Positions 1-8,158 of a stretch of DNA of 24,313 nt are shown in pieces. Position numbers and translations under genes: made by a program. This DNA comes from Candidatus Moraniibacteriota bacterium (GTDB lineage: Bacteria; Patescibacteriota; Minisyncoccia; Moranbacterales; UBA1568), in the NCBI GenBank assembly GCA_043739895.1, contig JAYUDH010000099.1:1-24313 (forward strand), in the 5' to 3' direction. Every line of letters starts with the position of its first letter. Position 1 is the first letter of the stretch. The notes beneath the pieces were generated by a model, which ran no database searches, was not told where the DNA came from, and worked only from the letters and a program-made list of their open reading frames with translations.

Positions 1-1
1 A

Positions 2-1606
2 TGGGGACTCGTTGCGGTCGTTACTGTTTGCTCACTCGCATGGTATGGGTTAGCCAGCCGTCAGGGAGAAGTGAGTTCCATTGGAAAAGAAACAGTACGT
101 TTGAACGCTCTGCCATCAGGAAATGTAGAACGGGCTGGGTTATCGAAAATTGTTGATCTGAAGAATGGGCAATCTTTTGATCTGGCTATCATGCCAGTCC
201 AGCAGACAATAGCTGGAAAGAAAGTATCTATGCTCGGCTACAACGGTTCCATCCCCGGGCCGACACTTCGCGTTGTTGAGGGGTCAGAGGTTACCATCAA
301 TTTGAAGAATGGAGGCACTATCGGAACATCACTCCATGCCCATGGTGTCCGCATGGACAATGCCTTCGATGGGGTCCCGGGTGTCACTCAGGAAGAGATT
401 GCTCCAGGTGAGACTTTTGCCTATAAGCTGAAGTTTCCTGATGCTGGTGTTTTTTGGTACCACCCGCATGTGAGGACAGACTATACCCTCGAATCAGGAT
501 TGTACGCTAATATTATTGTTACCCCGAAAGATAGTGCCTACTGGGCGCCAGTCAACCGGGAAATCCCACTCATGCTTGATGACATAGCCCTCGATGAGCA
601 GGGTCTACTGCCATTTGATGCCAAGGTGGCTGATCATACGCTCATGGGACGCTTCGGCAATGTGATGCTCGTGAATGGTGAGACTGATTACAGTCTCGAG
701 GCGAAGCAGGGTGAAGTAGTGCGTCTGTATCTCACGAATGCTGCCAATACACGGCTCTTCAACTTTACTCTTCCTGGAGTCAAGATGAAGCTGGTCGGTG
801 CCGATGTCGGAAGGTATGAGAAAGAAACGTTGGTTGATCAAGTCATGGTTGCTCCTGGAGAACGACGCGTGGTGGATGTTTTCTTTGAGAAATCAGGTCA
901 ATATACGATGAAGCATCAGACTCCCGAGAAGGAGTATACTCTTGGAAAAGTGAGTGTCTCTACAGAGACTTCTGCTCCCTCCTATGGCAAGGAATTTGCA
1001 ATTTTACGGACAAACTCAGAGGTTGTAAATGAGTTAGAAGGTCTAATGAGTACATATCTTTCAAAGACTCCCGATAAAAGTCTCAATCTCTCCCTTGATA
1101 TGACATCGGAAATGCGAAAGGGTATGCCGATGGGAATGCATTCAATGGGTGGTGGTGGAATGGCCATGTCGGACAAGGGTATGGGTATGGGTGATGATGG
1201 AGATGTCCTGGAATGGGAAGATACGATGGCTGGTATGAACGCTCAGTCGAATTCAAACATGATGAAGTGGAAGCTCGTTGATAAAACGAGTGGTAAAGTA
1301 AATATGGATATCAAAGATTGGAATTTCCAAGTCGGTGATAGGGTAAAGGTTCGTATCTTCAATGATCCACATTCGATGCATCCCATGCAACACCCGATTC
1401 ATTTTCATGGACAACGGCTCATGGTGCTCTCGACGAACGGCCTAAGAAATGATAATCCGGTGTGGGTAGATACGGCACTCGTAGCCAAGGGTGATACGGT
1501 CGATATTCTGCTCGATGTCACGAATCCGGGCACTTGGGTCGCGCACTGCCATATTCTCGAACATGCCGAGAGCGGTATGATGCTTCCATTTACCGTAAAA
1601 GAGTAG
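2..1606 (+). CDS. Multicopper oxidase (three-domain laccase/CueO-like), 5'-truncated
   Basis: All four Cu motifs are present: HAHG, WYHPH, HPIHFHG, HCHILEHAESGMM. A Met-rich loop (MPMGMHSMGGGGMAMSDKGMGM) resembles CueO/CopA. The frame is open from base 2 (WGLVAVVTVCSLAWYGL, a hydrophobic anchor), so the real start lies before the window, not at GTG 71. Confidence 0.95.
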   Translation, partial: WGLVAVVTVCSLAWYGLASRQGEVSSIGKETVRLNALPSGNVERAGLSKIVDLKNGQSFDLAIMPVQQTIAGKKVSMLGYNGSIPGPTLRVVEGSEVTINLKNGGTIGTSLHAHGVRMDNAFDGVPGVTQEEIAPGETFAYKLKFPDAGVFWYHPHVRTDYTLESGLYANIIVTPKDSAYWAPVNREIPLMLDDIALDEQGLLPFDAKVADHTLMGRFGNVMLVNGETDYSLEAKQGEVVRLYLTNAANTRLFNFTLPGVKMKLVGADVGRYEKETLVDQVMVAPGERRVVDVFFEKSGQYTMKHQTPEKEYTLGKVSVSTETSAPSYGKEFAILRTNSEVVNELEGLMSTYLSKTPDKSLNLSLDMTSEMRKGMPMGMHSMGGGGMAMSDKGMGMGDDGDVLEWEDTMAGMNAQSNSNMMKWKLVDKTSGKVNMDIKDWNFQVGDRVKVRIFNDPHSMHPMQHPIHFHGQRLMVLSTNGLRNDNPVWVDTALVAKGDTVDILLDVTNPGTWVAHCHILEHAESGMMLPFTVKE

Positions 1607-1644
1607 GGAAAGATGGAGAGTATTTGTACTAGGGTAAAGCTTCT

Positions 1645-2190
1645 ATGAAAAAAATGATATTTATTCTTGTCCTTGTATTTGCGCTCATGGAAGGAGTCTC
1701 ATGGATGGCGTTCCGTTCTGCTCCTGAGTCAGTCCAGCTAACGCCTGAAGTAGCCGATCAGGCAGATAAAGTTGAAATAACTCCTCGAGTAGAACCAAAG
1801 AAAGTTGAACTTGCTCCAATTTCCAATTTTTCGCCTTCAGCACCACCAACTAGAATGGGAGGTGGCGATGAAGGAAGCTTCCCGCCACCACGTACAGAGG
1901 TGGTCAATGGCAGAACAGAACGAACCATTCATATGGGGGTTAGGAAATATGTGTGGGAGCCAGCAACTATTACGGCAAAGAAAGGTGAACTGGTTAGGCT
2001 CATCATCCATAATGCCGACGTACAACACGGCTTGGTTATTCCCGATCTTGGTGTTATGAATAGAGATATCCCAGAGGATGGAGCCGTGATCGAATTCATG
2101 GCAAGCAAGAGAGGCGCTTTTGAATTTTTTTGTTCCTACTATTGTGGGGAGGGGCATATAGAGATGCGAGGCAAGATCATCATTGAGTAG
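1645..2190 (+). CDS. Membrane-anchored/exported cupredoxin with a CuA-type site
   Basis: N-terminal hydrophobic segment and Pro-rich linker, then DVQHG and CSYYCGEGHIEM (C-x3-C-x3-H-x2-M), the CuA pattern of COX2/NosZ. Confidence 0.85.
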   Translation: MKKMIFILVLVFALMEGVSWMAFRSAPESVQLTPEVADQADKVEITPRVEPKKVELAPISNFSPSAPPTRMGGGDEGSFPPPRTEVVNGRTERTIHMGVRKYVWEPATITAKKGELVRLIIHNADVQHGLVIPDLGVMNRDIPEDGAVIEFMASKRGAFEFFCSYYCGEGHIEMRGKIIIE

Positions 2191-2201
2191 TAGTCTATTT
2201 T

Positions 2202-2708
2202 ATGGATATCATTTCACATGGGTTGTACGGGGGAGTGGCTTTTGGGAGAAAAAATAGCGCCAGTTTTTGGTGGTCGTTTTTCTTTGGGGTAATGCCAGAC
2301 CTCTTTTCTTTCGGTCTTTTTACTGCTGGCACATGGATTGGGTTCTTTGATCATCCGGACTGGTCATCGGGGCGCCATCCTGATCCCAGCCAGATTCCTC
2401 AGTTCGTTCATGCCCTGTATAATGTTACTCATAGCCTCGTTATTTTTGCGCTGGTTTTTGGTGGAGTGTGGCTTATCCGGCGCAAGCCATTGTGGCTTAT
2501 GGCGGGGTGGGCACTTCATATCTTGGTCGATATCCCGACCCATTCAGCACAGTTTTTTCCGACACCGTTCCTCTGGCCAGTTTCTTCATTTTATGTCGAT
2601 GGACGCCCATGGAGCAGTCCCGAGATTTTTATCCCAAACGTTCTACTCATTGGTGGTCTGTATCTCTGGTTCTATGTCATTAAGGTACGGCAGAAAAAAC
2701 AGCAGTAA
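2202..2708 (+). CDS. YdjM-like inner-membrane metal-dependent hydrolase
   Basis: Motifs SH near the N-terminus, MPDL, THSL and LHILVDIPTH, with several TM segments; starts 11 nt after the cupredoxin gene. Confidence 0.75.
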   Translation: MDIISHGLYGGVAFGRKNSASFWWSFFFGVMPDLFSFGLFTAGTWIGFFDHPDWSSGRHPDPSQIPQFVHALYNVTHSLVIFALVFGGVWLIRRKPLWLMAGWALHILVDIPTHSAQFFPTPFLWPVSSFYVDGRPWSSPEIFIPNVLLIGGLYLWFYVIKVRQKKQQ

Positions 2709-2712
2709 GCTC

Positions 2713-2741
2713 TTTACAAAAGGTAAAAAAGGTGCTATAAT
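2713..2741 (+). promoter_or_regulatory. Sigma70 promoter for the 2805 gene
   Basis: TTTACA (2713-2718), 17-nt spacer, TATAAT (2736-2741), with an extended -10 TG at 2733-2734. Confidence 0.7.
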
Positions 2742-2754
2742 GGTTATACAAGTG

Positions 2755-2793
2755 AAAAAACGGGTGCTCGAACGGGTAGCCGTTTTTTCTTTT
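2755..2793 (+). promoter_or_regulatory. Terminator-like hairpin inside the 5' leader of the 2805 gene
   Basis: AAAAAACGG-G-TGCTC-gaac-GGGTA-G-CCGTTTTTT followed by CTTTT, lying between the -10 box and the ATG. Confidence 0.5.
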
Positions 2794-2804
2794 ATAGAGC
2801 CCTT

Positions 2805-3425
2805 ATGAAACAAAAAAAGATCTCAGTATCAAAACAAAAATCACCACTTCCTGTTTCGGTCGCTTCCATGCGGCTTTCGACAGATACTTTTTATGGTATC
2901 TTTCTTTCTCTTGCTTTTGTAGTGACTGGACTTCTCCTGGGGGCAAACAGGGGAGTGACGGCACTCGTTATACAGAGTCATATTCCGGAGGGGAATGTAC
3001 AACAAATGGCCTTTGAGCATCGAGTACGAAAACTGGTGACGGGCTATCCGATTGAAGTCATGAGTGGGCTCATTTCCGAACAGAATAAAATCACGGCCTC
3101 CTTCTTGGTGGGTATTGCGAAGAAAGAGAGTAACTGGGGCAAGCGCGTACCCCGAGCAGAGGACGGATCTGACTGTTATAACTATTGGGGGTATCGTGGG
3201 GCAGGGAGTCGCGGTATCGCTATGGGGCATGGTTGTTTTGGAAGTCCCGAAGAAGCGATAGGCGTTGTCGGGGGACGACTTGATACCTTTCGCCAGGAAT
3301 ATAAATTTACGACACCAGAAGAACTCATCGTATGGAAGTGTGGGTTTAGTTGCGATGGACATAGTAAACAGAGTGTGAAGAAATGGATTGCTGACGTTGG
3401 ATACTATTCCCGCAAGGTAGAGTAA
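2805..3425 (+). CDS. Membrane-anchored glucosaminidase/lysozyme-like putative peptidoglycan hydrolase
   Basis: N-terminal TM (FYGIFLSLAFVVTGLLLG). IAKKESNWG and YNYWG resemble the A-x-x-ES-x-W-G and N-x-F/W-G motifs of the glucosaminidase (PF01832-like) lysozyme fold. Confidence 0.55.
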   Translation: MKQKKISVSKQKSPLPVSVASMRLSTDTFYGIFLSLAFVVTGLLLGANRGVTALVIQSHIPEGNVQQMAFEHRVRKLVTGYPIEVMSGLISEQNKITASFLVGIAKKESNWGKRVPRAEDGSDCYNYWGYRGAGSRGIAMGHGCFGSPEEAIGVVGGRLDTFRQEYKFTTPEELIVWKCGFSCDGHSKQSVKKWIADVGYYSRKVE

Positions 3426-3445
3426 TCGCCTTATAAAAAATGAAC

Positions 3446-3476
3446 ATCGCCCGATGAATTGTCGGGCGATTTTTTT
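3446..3476 (+). terminator. Intrinsic terminator of the 2805 gene
   Basis: ATCGCCCGA-tgaattg-TCGGGCGAT followed by TTTTTT. Confidence 0.8.
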
Positions 3477-3518
3477 ATACAGAAAAGAAAGAGGAGAAAA
3501 GTAAGAGAAGGGGAGGAT

Positions 3519-3551
3519 AAAAAAACCACTCGCCAGAGGCGAGTGGTTTTT
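3519..3551 (-). terminator. Intrinsic terminator (bidirectional-type) downstream of the small minus-strand ORF
   Basis: AAAAACCACTCGCC-aga-GGCGAGTGGTTTTT, a 14-bp perfect stem with A7 on the left (U7 on the minus strand). Confidence 0.85.
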
Positions 3552-3567
3552 GGACGAGAGGTTCTTT

Positions 3568-3729
3568 TTACAAGAGACCAATTTGTCCCAAGAAGGTGAG
3601 ACTAATCACCGGCACGAGGGCGAGGAGAAAGGCCATGGCGACTTCCTCATTCTGACTCGATTCCTCGGCTACCTGTGCACAAGTAGTGCAGCTGTGAGAC
3701 TCAGTGGTCTCCATTTTTACTTCTTCCAT
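3568..3729 (-). CDS. Small 53-aa protein with CxxC and a C-terminal hydrophobic segment (absent from the ORF track)
   Basis: Hand translation: MEEVKMETTESHSCTTCAQVAEESSQNEEVAMAFLLALVPVISLTFLGQIGLL*. It sits between its own near-consensus promoter and a terminator. Confidence 0.75.
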   Translation of the reverse strand: MEEVKMETTESHSCTTCAQVAEESSQNEEVAMAFLLALVPVISLTFLGQIGLL

Positions 3730-3790
3730 ACGATTTGTATGTTACTGTTTATTTTTTGCCTGGCCTCCAGCAGGCTTTGTTAAAGGAGGA

Positions 3791-3851
3791 GTTGAGAAAG
3801 AAAAAACGGGCTGTAGACGTGGACGTCTTCACCCGTTTTTCATTTCTCAAC
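3791..3851 (-). promoter_or_regulatory. 61-nt imperfect hairpin starting at the predicted transcription start of the small-protein mRNA
   Basis: Minus strand GTTGAGAAA-TG-AAAAACGGG-TGA-AGACG-tcca-CGTCT-ACAG-CCCGTTTTT-TC-TTTCTCAAC. A second hairpin GCCTG...CAGGC lies at 3758-3775. Confidence 0.6.
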
Positions 3852-3857
3852 AAGTTC

Positions 3858-3886
3858 ATTATAGCGCAAAAAAAGAGAAAAGTCAA
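3858..3886 (-). promoter_or_regulatory. Sigma70 promoter for the small CxxC protein
   Basis: Minus strand TTGACT (3886-3881), 17-nt spacer, TATAAT (3863-3858). Confidence 0.75.
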
Positions 3887-3977
3887 GGGGATTTTATTGA
3901 TACAACGGAAAAGAAGAATGGTATGGAAAGAAATTTTATTTTCAGCTATACTGTAGGGGTCATTAACACCCCTCTCT

Positions 3978-4697
3978 ATGCAAAGAACATTCTTTTTTCT
4001 CACACTTCTTGCGGGGACGCTGATTCTTTCGGGCTGCACCACTGAAGAGGTGCGACAAGAAAAAGTAATCAAAGACGGACTCGATTTTTCGGCTTTAGAA
4101 AAGGGTGCTGCCCCAGCTCCTTCTGCTGGAACACTCCCACCATCTCAGTCACCATCTACTCCTCAGACTCAACCATTAAGTACCAAAAAAATGTACACAC
4201 AAGCACCAGCGATGTCGATTAACGTTGCTAAGAAGTATGTCGCCACTATCAAAACCACGAAGGGGACGATGGTTGCTACCCTCAATGCTAAGGAGACACC
4301 AGTGACGGTTAATAACTTTGTTTTTTTGGCCAAGGAAAAGTTTTATGACGGTACTATCTTTCATCGCACCATTCCTGGCTTCATGATCCAGGGAGGGGAT
4401 CCAGAGGGGACGGGGATGGGCGGCCCGGGGTATCAATTTGCTGACGAACCATTTGAAGGAAAGTATGAGCGAGGAACGCTTGCTATGGCCAATGCTGGTA
4501 CCGATACCAATGGAAGTCAGTTCTTTATCATGCACAAAGATTATCCTTTGCCGCCGAACTATGTCATTTTTGGGAAGGTGACAGAGGGGTTGGATATTAT
4601 TGATACCATTGCCACGGCTCCGACAAAGCCAGGAGGTGAAGGATCAAATCCAGTGACACCAGTTGTTGTGGAGAGCGTGACGATCAGTGAACAATAA
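3978..4697 (+). CDS. Cyclophilin-type peptidyl-prolyl isomerase, lipoprotein
   Basis: Lipobox LSGC at residues 17-20 and a P/S/T/Q linker; motifs FHRTIPGFMIQGGDP, GTLAMAN and NGSQFFI. Confidence 0.95.
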   Translation: MQRTFFFLTLLAGTLILSGCTTEEVRQEKVIKDGLDFSALEKGAAPAPSAGTLPPSQSPSTPQTQPLSTKKMYTQAPAMSINVAKKYVATIKTTKGTMVATLNAKETPVTVNNFVFLAKEKFYDGTIFHRTIPGFMIQGGDPEGTGMGGPGYQFADEPFEGKYERGTLAMANAGTDTNGSQFFIMHKDYPLPPNYVIFGKVTEGLDIIDTIATAPTKPGGEGSNPVTPVVVESVTISEQ

Positions 4698-4728
4698 AAA
4701 CAGCGGTGAGGTCAATGAAATAAAGCAT

Positions 4729-4766
4729 AAAAAATCTCCCTACCAAATGGTGGGGAGATTTTTTTT
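4729..4766. terminator. Bidirectional terminator between the cyclophilin and RND genes
   Basis: AAAAAATCTCCC-TACCA-aa-TGGTG-GGGAGATTTTTT between convergent genes. Confidence 0.85.
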
Positions 4767-7700
4767 AGGGTGTGTGAAAGTTGGCGCGGTAGTCGTCGGT
4801 CAGTGATGCCGGAGCGACTTCCTTTGGGGTAAACCATATCTTGTAGATGACTGGGATGAAGAAGAGTTTAGCGACGCCAGAGAAGGTAAGGCCGGCAATG
4901 ATGGCCCCTCCGAGCCCCTGCCAGATGGGGTCAGAAAGAGTGATTGGGATGAGACCGACGATGGTGGTAAGGGCGGTCAGGAGGATGGGTTCGAGACGAC
5001 TGGCTGCTCCTTCGCTAATAGCCTGGGTGAGCGGCAGGCCGCTGTCCATATTTTTGTTAATCTTGTCGACCATGATGATCGAGTTATTAACGACGATACC
5101 AAAGAGCGCCAGGATACCGATCAGTGCCGGGAAGGAGAGGGGAATACCAAAGAGCGAGAAGAGGATGAATACTCCCGAGATCGCGAGTGGCACCACCATA
5201 AGTACGATGAGCGCTTTGCGGAAGGAATTGAATTGAACCGCCATCGTGCCAAAGATGAGGATGGCTGAGAGGAGCATAGCCTTGAGTATCGACTGGACGG
5301 ATTTATTGTTCTCATCATTCACTCCACCGGTTTTCCAGCTGTAGCCTGTTGGTAAGTCGAGGGTGCCAGCAAATTTTTCGAGTTGAGCATTTATGGTACT
5401 GACAGAATAATCAGCCGAGACACCAGCAGAGATAGAGAGGGTGCGTTTGCCATCTTCACGGGTGACGAGTGTTGGATTGGGGGCAAGCGAAAGGTCGCCC
5501 AGGGATGAGAGTGGCAGGGAGCCCTTTCCGGTAGGAACCGCAATGAGCCCTAGGATTTCCGGATGCTCGAGTGCGGATGCTTCTCCTAAGCGAAGGATGA
5601 TATCGTAGGTATCATTTTTCAATCGGGCATCGTTTTTGATGGTATAGCCACTGCCTAAGGTGCGGAGGAGGAAGGCGGTATCATTGATCCCGAGGCCGTT
5701 TTCGGTGAGTTTCTCTTGGTAGGGAGTAAAGACGATTTTACTGGCTCCACTCGTGATAGAGGTAGAAACGTTAGTAATACCCGGCTCTGCTTTCAGATAC
5801 TCGCTTACTTTTTTTCCATAATCCTGGAGGGTCGAGAGGTCATCACCCAAGAGTTTGAGTTCGATATCACTCCCAGCAGGTGGGCCACTCGATGCTTGGC
5901 TGGCCACAAAGGTACCCTTGTTGTAGGTGGCATGCTTGGCGTTTATGTTTTTGATGATGTCGGTTGATGAAAGAGGGCGCTCTTTCTCGGGAGTAATGGC
6001 CAGCGTGAAAAGAAGTGAGTTGAAGTCTTTTTTGGTTGCACCGTTGTCGGTCGGGGGTACTGCGCCAATTTCTGCGGTGACGAAACGAGTGTGTTCTGTG
6101 GTACGGAGCTCGTCCAAGAGACGCTTGGCCTCGACAGTGCTTTCTGCCAGTGTAGTGTTTTTGGGGAGTTCAACGCTCACGTAGATAGTCTCCTGATCGC
6201 TTTCAGGAAAGAATTCATTGACGACGTACCCCAATGGGACGAGTGAGTAGGAAAGTACAGAGAAAATAATGAGGGCGGCGACCGTTTTACGTCTGGCACT
6301 TTTGGAGTCGAGGATACCAGCGATGAAGTGTTCATAGCGATGAGCGAGTGGGTCAAAGTTGAACAGCCCATCCCCTGAGAGGGCATGGATTTTTTTGAAG
6401 AATACAGCAAAGTGTGATGCTTCATACTCGGTTACTTTGTTTCGGAGAGCGTGGGATATTTTTCCGATAAGAAACAAGATGAGGGTAGCACCCAAAAAGA
6501 GTAATATCTTGTAGGGGCCGGCAGGGATGAGGATATAGAGGAGGATGCTGAGGCCCGCAAAGAGGAGGGTATAAAACAAGATAATAACCCGACGTGGAAA
6601 TGATCCCTTGAGGAGCATTGCCATGAGCGGGATGACGATGAGGAGCGCGACAGCAGCCGAGATGGCGAGAGATGACGAAACGACGATAGGGATTGGTTTG
6701 ATGAATTCGCCGATGATACCGGAGACCAAGAGGAGCGGAAGAAAGGCCCAGACCGTGGTGATGGTGGTCGTAAATATAACCACGCGGAAGTCACGCCAGA
6801 CGAGGAGAGCCACTTCATCGGGGGTGAACTTTCCAGTGCGTTCGTAGCTCGCCATGGCTGAAATGATGACGATAGCATTGTCGACCAAGATACCGAGCGC
6901 CAAGAGGAGTGAGAAGAGGGCAATAAAGTTGATTGAAATACCCGTGGCACTCATAACGAGGAATGTTCCGAGGAACGTCAGCGGAATAGCGAGTGCGGCA
7001 ATAACTGATTGGCGGAGACCAAAAAAAGTAAAGAGCACGACGAAGACCAAGAGGATAGTGATAGCAAAATCATGAAAGAGTTGGTCGAAGCTTTTTTTGA
7101 TTTCTTTGGCACCATCAAAGACTGGTTCAAAGAGAAACTGTGTGCCGTAGGTGGAGCGGAGTGTTTCTGCGGTAGAAAAAATACCAGCGACGACTTCGGC
7201 TGTATCAGCTGTGTCAGTTTTGAAGACAGAAAAAACAATCCCTCGTTCTGGAGCGGTGGTATGGTCAGCATAAAAACTTTCGGGAGCACTCCGTTTTGGT
7301 TCTGTTTTGAGTGTGACGATGTCACCCAAGGAAACAATGTCTCCCCCAATGGAAAGAGGAAGTGACCTTAGTGTCTGAACGGTGTCACCACTGGTTGACT
7401 GGGTCAATGCAAAAGAAGTCCCTTCGGTACTGAGGTTTCCTGCAGGGTGATTGCCGAGGGCTGACTCGATACTTTGGGCAACGGAAAGGGGACGGAGGTT
7501 TCGTTCAGCGAGGACTTCTGGTTTGAGAATGAGGCTTATTTCTTCTTCTTTTCGATACGAAACAGAGACTTTTTCTACACCAGAAAGATCCTTCAGACGC
7601 TCCTCGAGGAGGTCAGCAAAGCGTGTAAGTGAGGCATTATCGGTATCTCCCGAGAGGATGAAGTTGAGTACTGGTTGATTCTGAAAATCAAGTACCTGTA

Positions 7701-8133
7701 CTGTAGGTGTTTCAGTGTCGGTAGGAAGAGTTGTTACGGTATCAATGGCATTCTCGACATCACGCTTGGCTTTTTCTGGATCGGTACCGGATCCAAATTC
7801 AATGCTCAACGTCGAAATGTTTTCTTGTGAGACAGAGGATGACTTCTGCACACCAGACAATCCACTGACAGCATCTTCGAGGGGAATAGTGACCAGTTGT
7901 TCAATATCTTCTGGACCGGCACCTGGAAACAGTGTCGATACAAAGACGATTGGGATCTGGATGTTTGGGTTGAGTTCTCGTGGGAGAGTAAGAAACGTCG
8001 CGAGACCAGCTCCAGAGAGGGTTAATACCACCAGTACAATAGTACGGATGTTTTTGAAGTAGGAGGCGATGAACGTTTTTTTGAGACTGGGATCAAAGGT
8101 CAAACGATCGAGAAAGGATGATTCTTTTTGCAT
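4765..8133 (-). CDS. RND efflux permease (AcrB/AcrD/AcrF family)
   Basis: 1122 aa with two-fold repeat architecture; motifs GILVDNAIV (TM4), GIVVNNSIIMVD (TM10), RLEPILLTALTT (TM11) and P-x-I-x-x-P after TM1. Confidence 0.93.
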   Translation of the reverse strand: MQKESSFLDRLTFDPSLKKTFIASYFKNIRTIVLVVLTLSGAGLATFLTLPRELNPNIQIPIVFVSTLFPGAGPEDIEQLVTIPLEDAVSGLSGVQKSSSVSQENISTLSIEFGSGTDPEKAKRDVENAIDTVTTLPTDTETPTVQVLDFQNQPVLNFILSGDTDNASLTRFADLLEERLKDLSGVEKVSVSYRKEEEISLILKPEVLAERNLRPLSVAQSIESALGNHPAGNLSTEGTSFALTQSTSGDTVQTLRSLPLSIGGDIVSLGDIVTLKTEPKRSAPESFYADHTTAPERGIVFSVFKTDTADTAEVVAGIFSTAETLRSTYGTQFLFEPVFDGAKEIKKSFDQLFHDFAITILLVFVVLFTFFGLRQSVIAALAIPLTFLGTFLVMSATGISINFIALFSLLLALGILVDNAIVIISAMASYERTGKFTPDEVALLVWRDFRVVIFTTTITTVWAFLPLLLVSGIIGEFIKPIPIVVSSSLAISAAVALLIVIPLMAMLLKGSFPRRVIILFYTLLFAGLSILLYILIPAGPYKILLFLGATLILFLIGKISHALRNKVTEYEASHFAVFFKKIHALSGDGLFNFDPLAHRYEHFIAGILDSKSARRKTVAALIIFSVLSYSLVPLGYVVNEFFPESDQETIYVSVELPKNTTLAESTVEAKRLLDELRTTEHTRFVTAEIGAVPPTDNGATKKDFNSLLFTLAITPEKERPLSSTDIIKNINAKHATYNKGTFVASQASSGPPAGSDIELKLLGDDLSTLQDYGKKVSEYLKAEPGITNVSTSITSGASKIVFTPYQEKLTENGLGINDTAFLLRTLGSGYTIKNDARLKNDTYDIILRLGEASALEHPEILGLIAVPTGKGSLPLSSLGDLSLAPNPTLVTREDGKRTLSISAGVSADYSVSTINAQLEKFAGTLDLPTGYSWKTGGVNDENNKSVQSILKAMLLSAILIFGTMAVQFNSFRKALIVLMVVPLAISGVFILFSLFGIPLSFPALIGILALFGIVVNNSIIMVDKINKNMDSGLPLTQAISEGAASRLEPILLTALTTIVGLIPITLSDPIWQGLGGAIIAGLTFSGVAKLFFIPVIYKIWFTPKEVAPASLTDDYRANFHTP

Positions 8134-8158
8134 ACCAAGGTGTGAAAATTATGAAAGG

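Noticed and set aside
3481-3520. Polypurine tract similar to 21045-21072 (GTAAG...AGGGGAGG)
   Set aside because: Low-complexity A/G spacer; the similarity is expected by chance.
2841-3581. 246-aa minus-strand ORF
   Set aside because: Antisense to the 2805 gene and runs through two terminators; Phe/Ser-rich low-information sequence.
3550-4072. Several 70-113 aa ORFs in the intergenic region (3550+, 3704+, 3735+, 3749-)
   Set aside because: They overlap the promoter, hairpins and the better-supported 53-aa minus-strand gene, and show no motifs.
6868-6900. RND TM4 reads DN instead of AcrB's DD, and TM10 has N instead of K
   Set aside because: GxLVDNAIV with GIVVNN-type motifs is, as I recall, common in uncharacterised RND subfamilies, so it is not evidence of inactivation.
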